In this document: positions 10,622 to 19,621 of the stretch, one piece after another
How positions within the stretch are numbered: position 1 is the stretch's first letter
How the letters are laid out: the number at the start of each line of letters is the position of its first letter
Assembly: GCF_002087085.1 (NCBI RefSeq)
Contig: NZ_MWQY01000008.1
Coordinates: 124,001-188,000, forward strand
Length of the DNA: 64,000 bases
Reading direction: 5' to 3'
Translations under genes and position numbers: made by a program
The notes under the pieces: generated by a model
Database searches by the model: none
Told to the model about the DNA's origin: nothing
What the model saw: only the letters and a program-made list of their open reading frames with translations

Positions 10622-11284
10622 ATGCTTAAACAGATTATAGTATTACCCATACGTGAAAGAGTAGCTTCGGAGTTAAGAAATGCCATTTTCTCCGGGAAGT
10701 TCGGTCCCGGATACGAATTACGACAGGATTATCTAGCCAAGAAGTTCGGAGTCTCCCGTATGCCTGTTCGGGAGGCTTTACATATTCTCTCCGGTGAAGG
10801 GATTGTGGAACTCAGGACAAACAAGGGAGCAATTGTAAAAGAAATCTCCAAGGACTTTGTCAGGGAACACTTTGAACTAAGATTAATACTGGAGTGCGAG
10901 GCAATCGCAAAAGCATGCATTCATGTTAAGGATATCTCCGAACTGGAATATATCCACGCCCAGCAGAAACAAGCAATCGATGCATTGGATGTGGAAGAAA
11001 TCAGCATGTGTAACCAGGCATTTCATATGTTTATATGGAAAAACGCGAATAATAAGAAAATGGAAATGATGCTGGAAAACCTTTGGAATGGATTATCAAC
11101 CGGGATAGTGGTCGCACCCCGCATACATGCAACAGAATCCTACCAGGAACATAGTCAAATGATTGATGCTATAAAAGACAGAAATCCGGAACTGGCTCGG
11201 GATATCATGAAAAAACATATAACGCGCAGCATGGGAAATATGCTGATGGGGATATCCGATCATAAAAACAGCTTAGAAGATTAA
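10622..11284 (+). CDS. GntR (FCD) family transcriptional regulator
   Basis: LAKKFGVSRMPVREAL wHTH plus FCD domain (NQAFH, QEHSQMIDAI). Confidence 0.9.
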   Translation: MLKQIIVLPIRERVASELRNAIFSGKFGPGYELRQDYLAKKFGVSRMPVREALHILSGEGIVELRTNKGAIVKEISKDFVREHFELRLILECEAIAKACIHVKDISELEYIHAQQKQAIDALDVEEISMCNQAFHMFIWKNANNKKMEMMLENLWNGLSTGIVVAPRIHATESYQEHSQMIDAIKDRNPELARDIMKKHITRSMGNMLMGISDHKNSLED

Positions 11285-11305
11285 ATATTTTTTAACCTGA
11301 AATAA

Positions 11306-11338
11306 TAGAGGTCATCATGTTGTACATGATGACCTCTA
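11306..11338. terminator. Probable bidirectional terminator between convergent gntR and tkt
   Basis: TAGAGGTCATCATGT-TGT-ACATGATGACCTCTA, a 15-bp perfect stem. Confidence 0.7.
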
Positions 11339-11370
11339 AAACTGTCAGCCCGATATTTATTATATCCTGA

Positions 11371-13692
11371 TTAACTCAAGGCTTTACGCAGGGTTTCAAG
11401 CCGTTTATTCCGGTCCTTCACAAAGCGCTCTATGCCGTCGGCTATATGGTCGGGAGAAAGATGGGCCTCCTCCAGGACCTCGTCTATACTGCCTCCGGTA
11501 CGCCAGTTGTTGTCCCAATCGGGACTCAGGGCGTACTCCTCGGAGAACTTGTTGAAGAGCCAGGGCAGCATAAGCGTGCGGGACGAGGTGGTAACCACGG
11601 TGGAATTCTGCTGGTCCGCGGGACTCAGAATGGAGTTTTTATAGGCCTCATCCTGCATCTCGAAGAGCTCGGCGCTGGCGGATACAACGATCTTGACGTT
11701 CAGCCCCCGCCTGTCCAGTTCCGGCAGAGCCTTGATCATGTTGCTCACTGCGCCGGTCCCCTGTACGATGATCGTACCCCCCTTATCCTCTCCGGGCTTG
11801 TAGTCCCGCATAAGGTAGGCGCCTCTGGCGGCCTCGTAGTGGTGGGCCATGCCGATGGCCTTACGGTCGGGAATCTCGATATTCGGCCGGGTCAGGTGCA
11901 GGGCAATAATGGGAACATCCTGACTGAAAGCCGCCGCAAGAAGTACCGGTACGTCGTTGTATTCCCAGGGATGCAGATTGATCACCTTGCCTTTGGGGAA
12001 GAACTGGGTAACCCCGGGGGAGAATACGCCGAAGTGGGTACGGCTGTCCTCGGCGGTTTCCGGTCCCGAGTGGCCGGCAATCCAGAGCACCTTGCCGGTT
12101 TTATACTCACAATCCTGGGCCAGCTGGCTGAAGAGCCGGAAAGGGCCGTAGAGCAGGTACGAAAAACTTCCGTAGGTGGAGGTTGCCCCCCAGAAGCCTT
12201 CGAACTCCTTCTCGGGTTCCTTCGCCATATTGACGGAAGCGAGCCCCGCCAGAATACCGGCATTGGAAAACTCGGTGATCTCCTGGGGCAGCATTATACC
12301 GTCTTCCGTGCCGACCCTCTCGTACCAGCCGTAGCCTTTGGTGTCGCCGTAATCCGAGGCAAAGCCGGAGATATTGGTGGAACCCGATAAATCCGCGGAG
12401 CTGATAATAAAGAGGGGTCTGTCGTACTCCTTTTTACCGAAGGCATTGGCCCAGGCGCCCCACTGGGCGAGGGCTGCGCGGTTGGAGTTCTTGGTCCCCG
12501 GTTTTGCCCACATGTCCTCGGGGTACTTTTTGAAGTCGTAGAGCCGCTTGTCCTTGAAGGGGTTGCCCTTTTTCCCCAGAACAAAGCTTTTCGACACCTC
12601 CGGCACGCTGTCGCCGATTTCAACCAGGCGCTCCGCCAGATAGTCAACCAGAGCCGTGTCCGAGGCCAGCACATCCATGACCACCTTAAGGTTGGACCGG
12701 AACTCCTCCTTCAACAAGGCGGGGTCGGCAGGGGCTTTTCCGCCCATGTTCACGAAATTGACCCCGTATTTATCGGCGAACTCCTTCTTGACCTGCCAGA
12801 AGGCCTCGCTGTTCATGGGATGGGCAGCACCGTGGGATGCATTGTCGTATTTTCCATAGCCCCGGCCTTTGCGGGTTTTGAACCACAGGGCACTGGGGAC
12901 CCGGTCGGGATTGGGAGAGCTCATCATGGCGGTCATTCCCCTGGCCAGGGATTCCCAGTCGCTGCCGTTTTCGGCACCGAATACCCGCCACCCGTGGGGA
13001 GCGAACCAGTCCTCGGGAGTTCCATATACGACATCGCTGGCCTTGTGATCGTCGATACCGTAGTCGTTCCAGTCCACCATGTAGTAGAGGTTATCCAGGG
13101 CAAGGCCCCAGGCGGAATTGGCCGTCTCGTGGGTAGCCCCGGGGGTGAGCCCGCCTTCGCCTTCAAAAATAAATACCTTGGCTCCGTCGACCTTTGCCCG
13201 CTTCAGGGCTACCGCAATACCCGCCGCCGCGGGGCTGCCATGGCCTGAAGGCCCGGTGTTGAACTTCAGAAAGAGGGTCTTGCCGGAGGCTTCGGCATGG
13301 CCGGAAAGTCCTCCCCGGTGACGGAAGCCCAGCAGGTCTTCCCAGGTGAGGATCCTCTCCTGGGGCTGGGTGCTCAGAAAACGTTTGTCCCCGGTTCTTT
13401 CATACTTGAGCTTCAAAGCCTCGTTGAAAACCGCCAGGGAGGTATAAATCAGGGGAACTGTATGCCCGGCACCAAGAACAAAACGGTCGGCAAAGCGCTT
13501 TCCCGGATCCCGAAGATCCCAGCGCATGGCGCCGCTCAAAGTCGTCATCAGAAAGGCATGGACCTTTGACCGGGAACCACCGGGATGCCCGCTCTGACGA
13601 TAGTTCAGAATAATATCCAGCAGCTGATCAATAAGGTCCTTTGTCTTTTCCCAATACTGAAAATCACCTTTAATCTTTTCCAATGAATCCAT
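11371..13692 (-). CDS. tkt: Transketolase family protein
   Basis: SGHPGG, DRFVLGAGH, SADLSGST, HSGPETAEDSRTH; divergent TPP motif (FEGEGGL...DWN). Confidence 0.8.
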   Translation of the reverse strand: MDSLEKIKGDFQYWEKTKDLIDQLLDIILNYRQSGHPGGSRSKVHAFLMTTLSGAMRWDLRDPGKRFADRFVLGAGHTVPLIYTSLAVFNEALKLKYERTGDKRFLSTQPQERILTWEDLLGFRHRGGLSGHAEASGKTLFLKFNTGPSGHGSPAAAGIAVALKRAKVDGAKVFIFEGEGGLTPGATHETANSAWGLALDNLYYMVDWNDYGIDDHKASDVVYGTPEDWFAPHGWRVFGAENGSDWESLARGMTAMMSSPNPDRVPSALWFKTRKGRGYGKYDNASHGAAHPMNSEAFWQVKKEFADKYGVNFVNMGGKAPADPALLKEEFRSNLKVVMDVLASDTALVDYLAERLVEIGDSVPEVSKSFVLGKKGNPFKDKRLYDFKKYPEDMWAKPGTKNSNRAALAQWGAWANAFGKKEYDRPLFIISSADLSGSTNISGFASDYGDTKGYGWYERVGTEDGIMLPQEITEFSNAGILAGLASVNMAKEPEKEFEGFWGATSTYGSFSYLLYGPFRLFSQLAQDCEYKTGKVLWIAGHSGPETAEDSRTHFGVFSPGVTQFFPKGKVINLHPWEYNDVPVLLAAAFSQDVPIIALHLTRPNIEIPDRKAIGMAHHYEAARGAYLMRDYKPGEDKGGTIIVQGTGAVSNMIKALPELDRRGLNVKIVVSASAELFEMQDEAYKNSILSPADQQNSTVVTTSSRTLMLPWLFNKFSEEYALSPDWDNNWRTGGSIDEVLEEAHLSPDHIADGIERFVKDRNKRLETLRKALS

Positions 13693-13750
13693 TATGTCTC
13701 CTTTCCTTGCTCAGACTTATATTGATGGGTCCCTCGGGACCTCCGGATAT

Positions 13751-14452
13751 TCATGCATGACTGGGGAAATCGTCCCCCATCTGCTTGAGAATGGGCACAT
13801 AGGCGTCCTGGATGTGCTCCCGCATCATGGAGTCGGCCTCCAGGGGGTCCCCTTTAAGGATGACGTCCACCAGCCGCCTGTGCCAGTCTTTCTGTACCTC
13901 CGCCTTCGAGCCCCGCCGCCACTGAACACTGCTCATGAGAAGCCAGAACAGGTTGGCCTGACGCAGGCTTTTGACCAGGGTCTCATGCCCGGTGAGTTTT
14001 GCCAAAAGCAGATGGAACTTGTAATGGGTATCGTAGATTATCTGCTGGGTGTCCTCGGTGTAGGGGGTTTCGTCCAGTTTCCTGGCAATCTCGTACAGGC
14101 CCTGGGCCTTCTCCCTGGTCAGGGTTATGGCCAGGATACGGGCCGCCTGGCACTCCACGGCCTCCCGGAGCACATACATATCCTTGACCTTCTGGGCCGT
14201 CGGAACGGTAACCACGCAGCCCCACTGGGGCCGGTACTCGACCAGGCCTTCCTGCTCCAGCCGTTTCATGGCCTCCAGCACCGGAATCTGACTTGACTGG
14301 GTTCTCTCCGCAAGTTTTCTGCGGGGAAGTCTGCTGCCGGGGGGAAACTCCCCGGTGAGAATCATCTTAAGGATGCTGTTGTAAACCCTTTCGGCGGTGG
14401 TAATAAAAACAGAACCGTCGCCGGCACTCTTTTCTTCGATCGTATTGGTCAT
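13751..14452 (-). CDS. GntR (FCD) family transcriptional regulator
   Basis: FPPGSRLPRRKLAE..SQIPVLEAMKRL wHTH; start moved to the ATG at 14452 because a promoter lies inside the ORF-track extension. Confidence 0.88.
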   Translation of the reverse strand: MTNTIEEKSAGDGSVFITTAERVYNSILKMILTGEFPPGSRLPRRKLAERTQSSQIPVLEAMKRLEQEGLVEYRPQWGCVVTVPTAQKVKDMYVLREAVECQAARILAITLTREKAQGLYEIARKLDETPYTEDTQQIIYDTHYKFHLLLAKLTGHETLVKSLRQANLFWLLMSSVQWRRGSKAEVQKDWHRRLVDVILKGDPLEADSMMREHIQDAYVPILKQMGDDFPSHA

Positions 14453-14492
14453 ATATGGTATATATGCTATAGCAACAGTATCCAAGAGTCAA
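14450..14492 (-). promoter_or_regulatory. Promoter and palindromic operator of the gntR-tkt unit
   Basis: Minus strand TTGACT (14492-14487), 17 nt, TAGCAT (14469-14464); palindrome CATATAT-GGT-ATATATG at 14450-14466 covers the start codon. Confidence 0.65.
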
Positions 14493-15022
14493 GTTTTCTG
14501 GAATGAAAATGAAAAGGAATGGCCCGGCCGGGGATTCAACAGGGGCCGCCGGTTGTCCGGAAGAATGGTATCCCGCTTTCTTACAGCCCGTTGAAACCAG
14601 GCCCGCACCAGGGCGGCATCTTCGCGCCACAAGTAGAGGTCGGCGAATCCGCTGCGTAAATTATCTGCCAGACGGGGCGGAATAATGTCCCGCTTGACCA
14701 GGGAAGGGCTTCCGGCGGAACAGGTGGGAAGAAGCACACCGAAAAGACCTGTGTGCAGGTAGCGATCTGTTTTCATCAGGGAGGCAAAGATCTCCCGGTC
14801 GACCTGATCGGATGCAGCCGTCTGGGGACCGACCAGGACAATCGTGGCGACGGCGTTCCGGATGTGGTTATCCTTTACCTCGGCTTCCGGCAAGCCTGCG
14901 GTAATCTCGCTGCTGTCGGTACAGCGCAGGCAGTCGCTCCGAATGAGTCGCTGAAACAGCAGCGCATACTCCTGGTCGATCGGTTGGAGATAACAGATGT
15001 GAATTCTGAAGGGTGATATCAA
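14489..15022 (-). CDS. TIR-like domain protein (MTH538/DUF1863, ThsB-like), degenerate N-terminal motif
   Basis: TIVLVGPQT..SDQVDREIFASL, GLFGVLLP, IPPRLADN..GFA..Y.W match MTH538-type TIR; TTG start at 15022 after a GGGGAGGAG RBS. Confidence 0.7.
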   Translation of the reverse strand: MISPFRIHICYLQPIDQEYALLFQRLIRSDCLRCTDSSEITAGLPEAEVKDNHIRNAVATIVLVGPQTAASDQVDREIFASLMKTDRYLHTGLFGVLLPTCSAGSPSLVKRDIIPPRLADNLRSGFADLYLWREDAALVRAWFQRAVRKRDTILPDNRRPLLNPRPGHSFSFSFQKT

Positions 15023-15085
15023 AGCTCTCCTCCCCTGAAAACTGGTATATACACCCATTTTTCAGTCGGGAGAAGCAAATCGTCA

Positions 15086-15119
15086 ATTGGCCAGGGGGCT
15101 AATGTATGAAAAAGTAGAC
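15086..15119 (-). promoter_or_regulatory. Shared 34-bp upstream motif, copy 2 (candidate LuxR/NarL-type box)
   Basis: 27/34 identical to 16587-16620. Confidence 0.55.
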
Positions 15120-15120
15120 T

Positions 15121-15975
15121 TCAAGCTTCCCCTTCGTCGTCCCAGCGGTTATGACGACAGAGATCGATAAGCGCCCAGCGGTTATCCACCCCCATCTTGT
15201 CGAAGATGGAGGCCAGGTGTGCCTTGACGGTTGAACGGGAAATCCCCAGCCGCTGGGACAGCTCGACATTGCTTCCGCCGTAGAGGATCAGAGCCCGGAG
15301 GACCCGTTTTTCCGCGGCTGTTATTCCCCGGGAATCCAGATCGAAGGGTTCAGCCTCCTTCCGGTACCCCTCCACCTCTTCGGTCAGATCAGCAAGCCTC
15401 TCCTGAAACTGCCGGGACTTGCGCTTCTGTTCCCGTTTCAGCCGCCGGATATACGCGGTCTGTCGCCTGGAGAAGGCGACATACTTTTTCAACTCATCGG
15501 CATATATAAAAAAGAGCAGAATTCCAACCAGAAGCAGGTACAGCACTGCATTGATGCCCCTGCCGATACTGTAGTCCGGATCGACAGCGGCGGAGGCCAG
15601 TATTACCGTAATAAAAATGTAGGCCAGATAGACACCGAGTTTCAGTTTGAAACCCCGTCTGAGGAGGCCATGCTTTAAAGCGATAATGAAGGAGACGGCA
15701 TAGAGTCCCAGACCGTAGACCGACTCATAATCATCAAAAACGGCGATGGTACCCACCAGAAGAGGAAGAAAGGTCTGGACCCATCTGGCAAAACCGAAAC
15801 GGAGCCGGGCGGTAAAGAGGATAAGCAGACTGAAAAGGAAGACAAGATAGACCCGGAAATACTGAAGGGCAGCGACAAAACCGGCCCCGGCGGCAATGGA
15901 AAGCAGGTTCACCGCCGCCGCCGCAAAGCCGACAGAGGCGAACAGGTAGCCTATCCGCCTCTGAACAGGACTCAT
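15121..15975 (-). CDS. Membrane-anchored LuxR-family transcriptional regulator
   Basis: About 5-6 N-terminal hydrophobic segments, a coiled coil, and a C-terminal HTH ITAAEKRVL..GGSNVELSQRLGISRSTVKAHLASIFDKMGV. Confidence 0.85.
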   Translation of the reverse strand: MSPVQRRIGYLFASVGFAAAAVNLLSIAAGAGFVAALQYFRVYLVFLFSLLILFTARLRFGFARWVQTFLPLLVGTIAVFDDYESVYGLGLYAVSFIIALKHGLLRRGFKLKLGVYLAYIFITVILASAAVDPDYSIGRGINAVLYLLLVGILLFFIYADELKKYVAFSRRQTAYIRRLKREQKRKSRQFQERLADLTEEVEGYRKEAEPFDLDSRGITAAEKRVLRALILYGGSNVELSQRLGISRSTVKAHLASIFDKMGVDNRWALIDLCRHNRWDDEGEA

Positions 15976-16526
15976 ACCGACCAGAACCCCCGGATGGATT
16001 CCTCAAGGTCCATGATCTCGTCCATTTCCCGGTGAGGATGGGCAAGGATATCGCTGCGAAGCTGTTCCATGATCTCTTCGGCGTTCCAGACTCCCGCAGC
16101 TACGGGATTGTACTTCGTGTTATGCATGTCCTTGTCCATGTCACGAAGGTATCCCGCAACCATCTGCAGTTTCAAGAGGTTCATTCCCCGGGTAATAACA
16201 CCGGGGTCCCCGCCGCAGAACTGCATGATCGGCTGCAGACGGTGCTCCAGGCAGCAGTCATCCTCTTTTGTGTGAAGAAAAAACTCTTTGGTACCCTCCA
16301 GCTGGGCGAGGACGTAGATGGAGACATGCTGAATCGAGGTCTGCATGGCATGCTCGCAGCCGGCAAGAAAAGGAAGAGCCCCGATCAGTCTGGCGGTTTT
16401 TTTGGCTTCCAGCTTTCTTCTGAACTCCCTGTCCATGTTGAAGGATACGGCCGTGCGTTCCACGATCCAGTGCCAGAGGGCGGCATTGAAGTCCGTACTT
16501 TTTTTCATTGTTTCCATTGCGGTCAT
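15972..16526 (-). CDS. Hypothetical protein coupled to the LuxR gene
   Basis: GGAGG RBS; ATGA overlap with luxR; Asp-rich RDMDKD..KYNP motif. Confidence 0.7.
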   Translation of the reverse strand: MTAMETMKKSTDFNAALWHWIVERTAVSFNMDREFRRKLEAKKTARLIGALPFLAGCEHAMQTSIQHVSIYVLAQLEGTKEFFLHTKEDDCCLEHRLQPIMQFCGGDPGVITRGMNLLKLQMVAGYLRDMDKDMHNTKYNPVAAGVWNAEEIMEQLRSDILAHPHREMDEIMDLEESIRGFWSV

Positions 16527-16586
16527 AAAAATACCTCCGTAATTTTTGTGGGCTCCTCACTATAAAACAAGCGGGTCGACGGAGGT

Positions 16587-16620
16587 ATTGGCCGCCCGGC
16601 CAATGTATACAAAAGTAGAC
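16587..16620 (-). promoter_or_regulatory. Shared 34-bp upstream motif, copy 1 (two adjacent dyads)
   Basis: ATTGGCCG-CC-CGGCCAAT and GTATAC-AAAA-GTAGAC, upstream of the gene starting at 16526. Confidence 0.55.
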
Positions 16621-16629
16621 ATACGGGGG

Positions 16630-17595
16630 TCAGTGAAAAAGCAGCACATCCACCGGGCTTCCAGCCTTACTGCCCCGGCATCCGGAGTTGAAGAGGGCGC
16701 AGCCCTGAGCACCGATCAGCCCGGTAACATGATCGGGACCCTCAATATTCAGCGGTTCGGCAGTAAGCAAGCCATCCGGTCCGGAACCGAGACGCACCGG
16801 AACGAGCCTGCTGCAGGTATCGGCACCGCCCCCGGGGGCTTCCGTCAGGGTACAGCGGAGCATAACAGCAGGGTCGCCCCCTCCGTTCAGGCCGTAGAGG
16901 AAGGGCCGCACAAAAAGATAAAAATAGAGAAAAGCCGGTACCGCCCCGGAGGGAAAAGAAAAGAGAAAGCCCGCAGATACCCCCTGATCGGACGTTATCC
17001 GCCCGAAGAGAAGCCCTTTCCCCCCCTCTATCTCGACACCATCACACAGAAGCTCCCGCCCCGGAGCGGCAAGGAAATCCCGCACCTCGGCGGGATCAGC
17101 CCCGGCAACTATGAAAACAGGACACTCCTCGAGCCCCTTCTCCATGGCCCTGCGGACGGACATCCCTTCAGGAAGAATTCCATAATCCACCGGCCAGGCC
17201 CCCGCCCCGTCGAGAAGAACAGAGAACATGTGTCCCAGGGGGCTGTACTGCTCTCCGGGTTCCCGCCTCTCTCCGGGGACTTTGAGTCTCACCCCCTCCC
17301 ATTCAACAGCAAGGAAACCGGCATTGACCATACGTCGCACCATGACCCGGCTGATTCCCGCCGCGGCAAGACCGGCGATTTCGGCGGGGCCGAGCCTGCC
17401 GCAGGGAACAAAATCAACCCCGGCCTTCAGGTAACGGCCTTTTTTCACTAAGCCTGCCACCGGAGGCAGGTCTATGGGGCTCGCAAGGGGCTCCGTCGGA
17501 AAGCGTCCCGCCGCTTCAGAGAGGGGCACCGATTCCGGTCGCAGATCCAGGGACTGGGAAAACAGCAGGGCCCGGAACTCCTTCAGGCTGGTCAC
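16630..17595 (-). CDS. Divergent MoeA-like protein
   Basis: ESVPLSEAAGR..LASPIDLPP, LGPAEIAGLAAAG, GSPVDVLL; GTG start at 17595 overlaps the upstream stop. Confidence 0.65.
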   Translation of the reverse strand: MTSLKEFRALLFSQSLDLRPESVPLSEAAGRFPTEPLASPIDLPPVAGLVKKGRYLKAGVDFVPCGRLGPAEIAGLAAAGISRVMVRRMVNAGFLAVEWEGVRLKVPGERREPGEQYSPLGHMFSVLLDGAGAWPVDYGILPEGMSVRRAMEKGLEECPVFIVAGADPAEVRDFLAAPGRELLCDGVEIEGGKGLLFGRITSDQGVSAGFLFSFPSGAVPAFLYFYLFVRPFLYGLNGGGDPAVMLRCTLTEAPGGGADTCSRLVPVRLGSGPDGLLTAEPLNIEGPDHVTGLIGAQGCALFNSGCRGSKAGSPVDVLLFH

Positions 17596-18506
17596 TTGAG
17601 GGCCTCCTTTTTTGCGGGAGAAGAATAGACCCGGGCCGTGAAACCGGGTACCAGCAGAAAAGCTGCGGCCCCGTAGGCCAGACCGGCCAGAATATCCACC
17701 AGGTAGTGGGTGTACAGATACACCGTGGAAACAACCAGAAGCAGATACAGGGGCAGCATGAGCCGTCCCAGGAGCCTGACATGCCGCAGGCTCAACAGCA
17801 GCCCCAGCAGCCCCATGGCCACGTGGGAAGATGGCAGTGCCGCCCCGGCCATGGTGGAGGGAGTAAAGAGCTGCTTCATGATCATGGTAAAGAGTCCCCC
17901 GGAAAAATGCTCGTACCAGAGGGATCTCAGCTCGGGGTAGAAAAACTTGGGCCCCTCCACGGGAAAGACTATGTACCACATGTACAGCAGGCTGAAACTC
18001 GCGATCAGGGTAAAGAGAGACTCCTCCGCTTCCCGCTTTTTCCCCTGAAAATAGAGAACCCACCAGGGAAGGGTAAGAAAAAAATAGAAGGAGAAATAGG
18101 CAAAGAAAAAGAGCTCGTTCAGTGCCGGAGTCCGGGGAAAGGCTTCAAAAAAGGCAAGCACCGGCTTTCCCCCGAAGAGGAGCTCCTCGAACCGGGCCAC
18201 AGGGGCATCAAAAGCCACGGGGTGAAAAATCCGGGAGAGGCGGATGCTCTGGGTAAAATAGAGAACAAACATCCCCTGGGGGTAAAAGAAGCGCAGCCAG
18301 TGCAGGAATCGGGATGAGGACCTGTCCGCCGCGCGTATCAGCAGAAGAGCCGCCGGTATAGTCAGAACAAACAGGGACAGCATCACCAGGGATACCCCGT
18401 CGACGCCCTTCAGCAGCAGGGCAGCCAGATAGATCAGGGCAAAGAGGGAATTGAGCCCGATAAAGAGCCTGTCCAGAGGCCTCAGAACACCATGTATTCC
18501 CGCCAT
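17592..18506 (-). CDS. PAP2/inositolphosphotransferase-like membrane phosphatase
   Basis: FPVEGP, AALPSSHVA, STVYLYTHYLVDILAG. Confidence 0.85.
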   Translation of the reverse strand: MAGIHGVLRPLDRLFIGLNSLFALIYLAALLLKGVDGVSLVMLSLFVLTIPAALLLIRAADRSSSRFLHWLRFFYPQGMFVLYFTQSIRLSRIFHPVAFDAPVARFEELLFGGKPVLAFFEAFPRTPALNELFFFAYFSFYFFLTLPWWVLYFQGKKREAEESLFTLIASFSLLYMWYIVFPVEGPKFFYPELRSLWYEHFSGGLFTMIMKQLFTPSTMAGAALPSSHVAMGLLGLLLSLRHVRLLGRLMLPLYLLLVVSTVYLYTHYLVDILAGLAYGAAAFLLVPGFTARVYSSPAKKEALK

Positions 18507-18509
18507 CAG

Positions 18510-19304
18510 CTACTCCTGTAAAAAGGCCTCGACCTTCCGCTTCAGCTTGCTCATTCCGGGAAGTTTGGGATAGCTCTTCTCGGCCCCCTTGTAGTTCTGC
18601 GCCGCCATATAGAGGTCGCTCCTTTTCAGGTAGATCTCCGCCATGGCCTTGTATATTCTCGCCCGGTCCTTGTCGGTGTAGTCCAGGTCGGACAGCTCCT
18701 TCATCATGCTCAGGCGCAGTGCGTCGTCCTCGTCCTCCTCTATGGGCCCCCGGACAATCCGCCACAGCAGAATCAGCACCTCGGGGTAAAAATGCTTGAA
18801 GTAGGGTTTACGCTCCTCCTCCAGGGCAATGGTCCTGAGAATCTGGAAGGCCTTGACCGGCATGCCCCGGTGAACATACTCCTCGGCGATAATGAAGGTG
18901 TAGTCCATAAAGTCTTCCCGCTCCAGGTAGCTGCGGATCTCCTCCACCTCACCGAAAAAGGCCTCTTCGTAGACCTCCAGGGCTTCGGACTCCAGGTCGT
19001 GGAGCAGGTCGTAGCAGATCAGCTTGGCCTGGCTCTCCTTGTCCCACATGCGGCTCTTCAGGAACTCCCGGTAGTTGAACTCCTGGACGCCGAAAAAGGA
19101 GTTGTAGGCCCGGTCGTACTGTTCCCGGGTCCCCTCGTCGATCAGGATCTCGTAGGCCTCCCTGAGGAGAATAAAGTGTTCTTCCGGGTTTTCACCGTCG
19201 TTCAAGTCGGGGTGATACTCTTTTGCCAGCTGGCGGTACGCCTTCCGCACCAGCGCACTGGAGGCGTCCCGGGGAAGCCGCAGAATCGAATAGTAGTCCT
19301 TCAC
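18510..19304 (-). CDS. J-domain (DnaJ N-terminal) protein with helical C-terminus
   Basis: DYYSILRL..YRQLAKEYHPDLN J-domain HPD motif. Confidence 0.85.
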   Translation of the reverse strand: MKDYYSILRLPRDASSALVRKAYRQLAKEYHPDLNDGENPEEHFILLREAYEILIDEGTREQYDRAYNSFFGVQEFNYREFLKSRMWDKESQAKLICYDLLHDLESEALEVYEEAFFGEVEEIRSYLEREDFMDYTFIIAEEYVHRGMPVKAFQILRTIALEEERKPYFKHFYPEVLILLWRIVRGPIEEDEDDALRLSMMKELSDLDYTDKDRARIYKAMAEIYLKRSDLYMAAQNYKGAEKSYPKLPGMSKLKRKVEAFLQE

Positions 19305-19405
19305 GAAATATCTGCTCCTGTTTCCAAAAGGAGGTTTTTGAAATCCCGTAATGATAGCGAAAAATCACCGGAAAGAGAAGGAGGGGGAACACCGGGTTAG
19401 CTTTC

Positions 19406-19533
19406 CACAGCCGATGACTCAGTACCCCTTCGCCAAGGTCCGGGGAAGCAGACGGAAAAAAGTCGCTCTCTTCGCTCCGCTCCAATTTTTTCCGCCCGCT
19501 CCCCTCCCCTTGTCTGGAACTCAATCGGCTGTG
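19406..19533. repeat. Intergenic nested inverted repeat / long hairpin
   Basis: Outer CACAGCCGAT/ATCGGCTGTG; inner GGGGAAGCAGACGGAAAAAA/TTTTTTCCGCCCGCTCCCC. Confidence 0.55.
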
Positions 19534-19621
19534 AGCAGCCCTCCGCTCTTTCCGGCAGTTTTCTTTGAAGCTGCTCCCCCTCGCTTCCGCCCTTCAGGGC
19601 TCCCGCTACCCCCTCGTGGAT

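Noticed and set aside
14489..15058. Complete Thoeris system
   Set aside because: No ThsA-like effector adjacent; reported only as an orphan TIR
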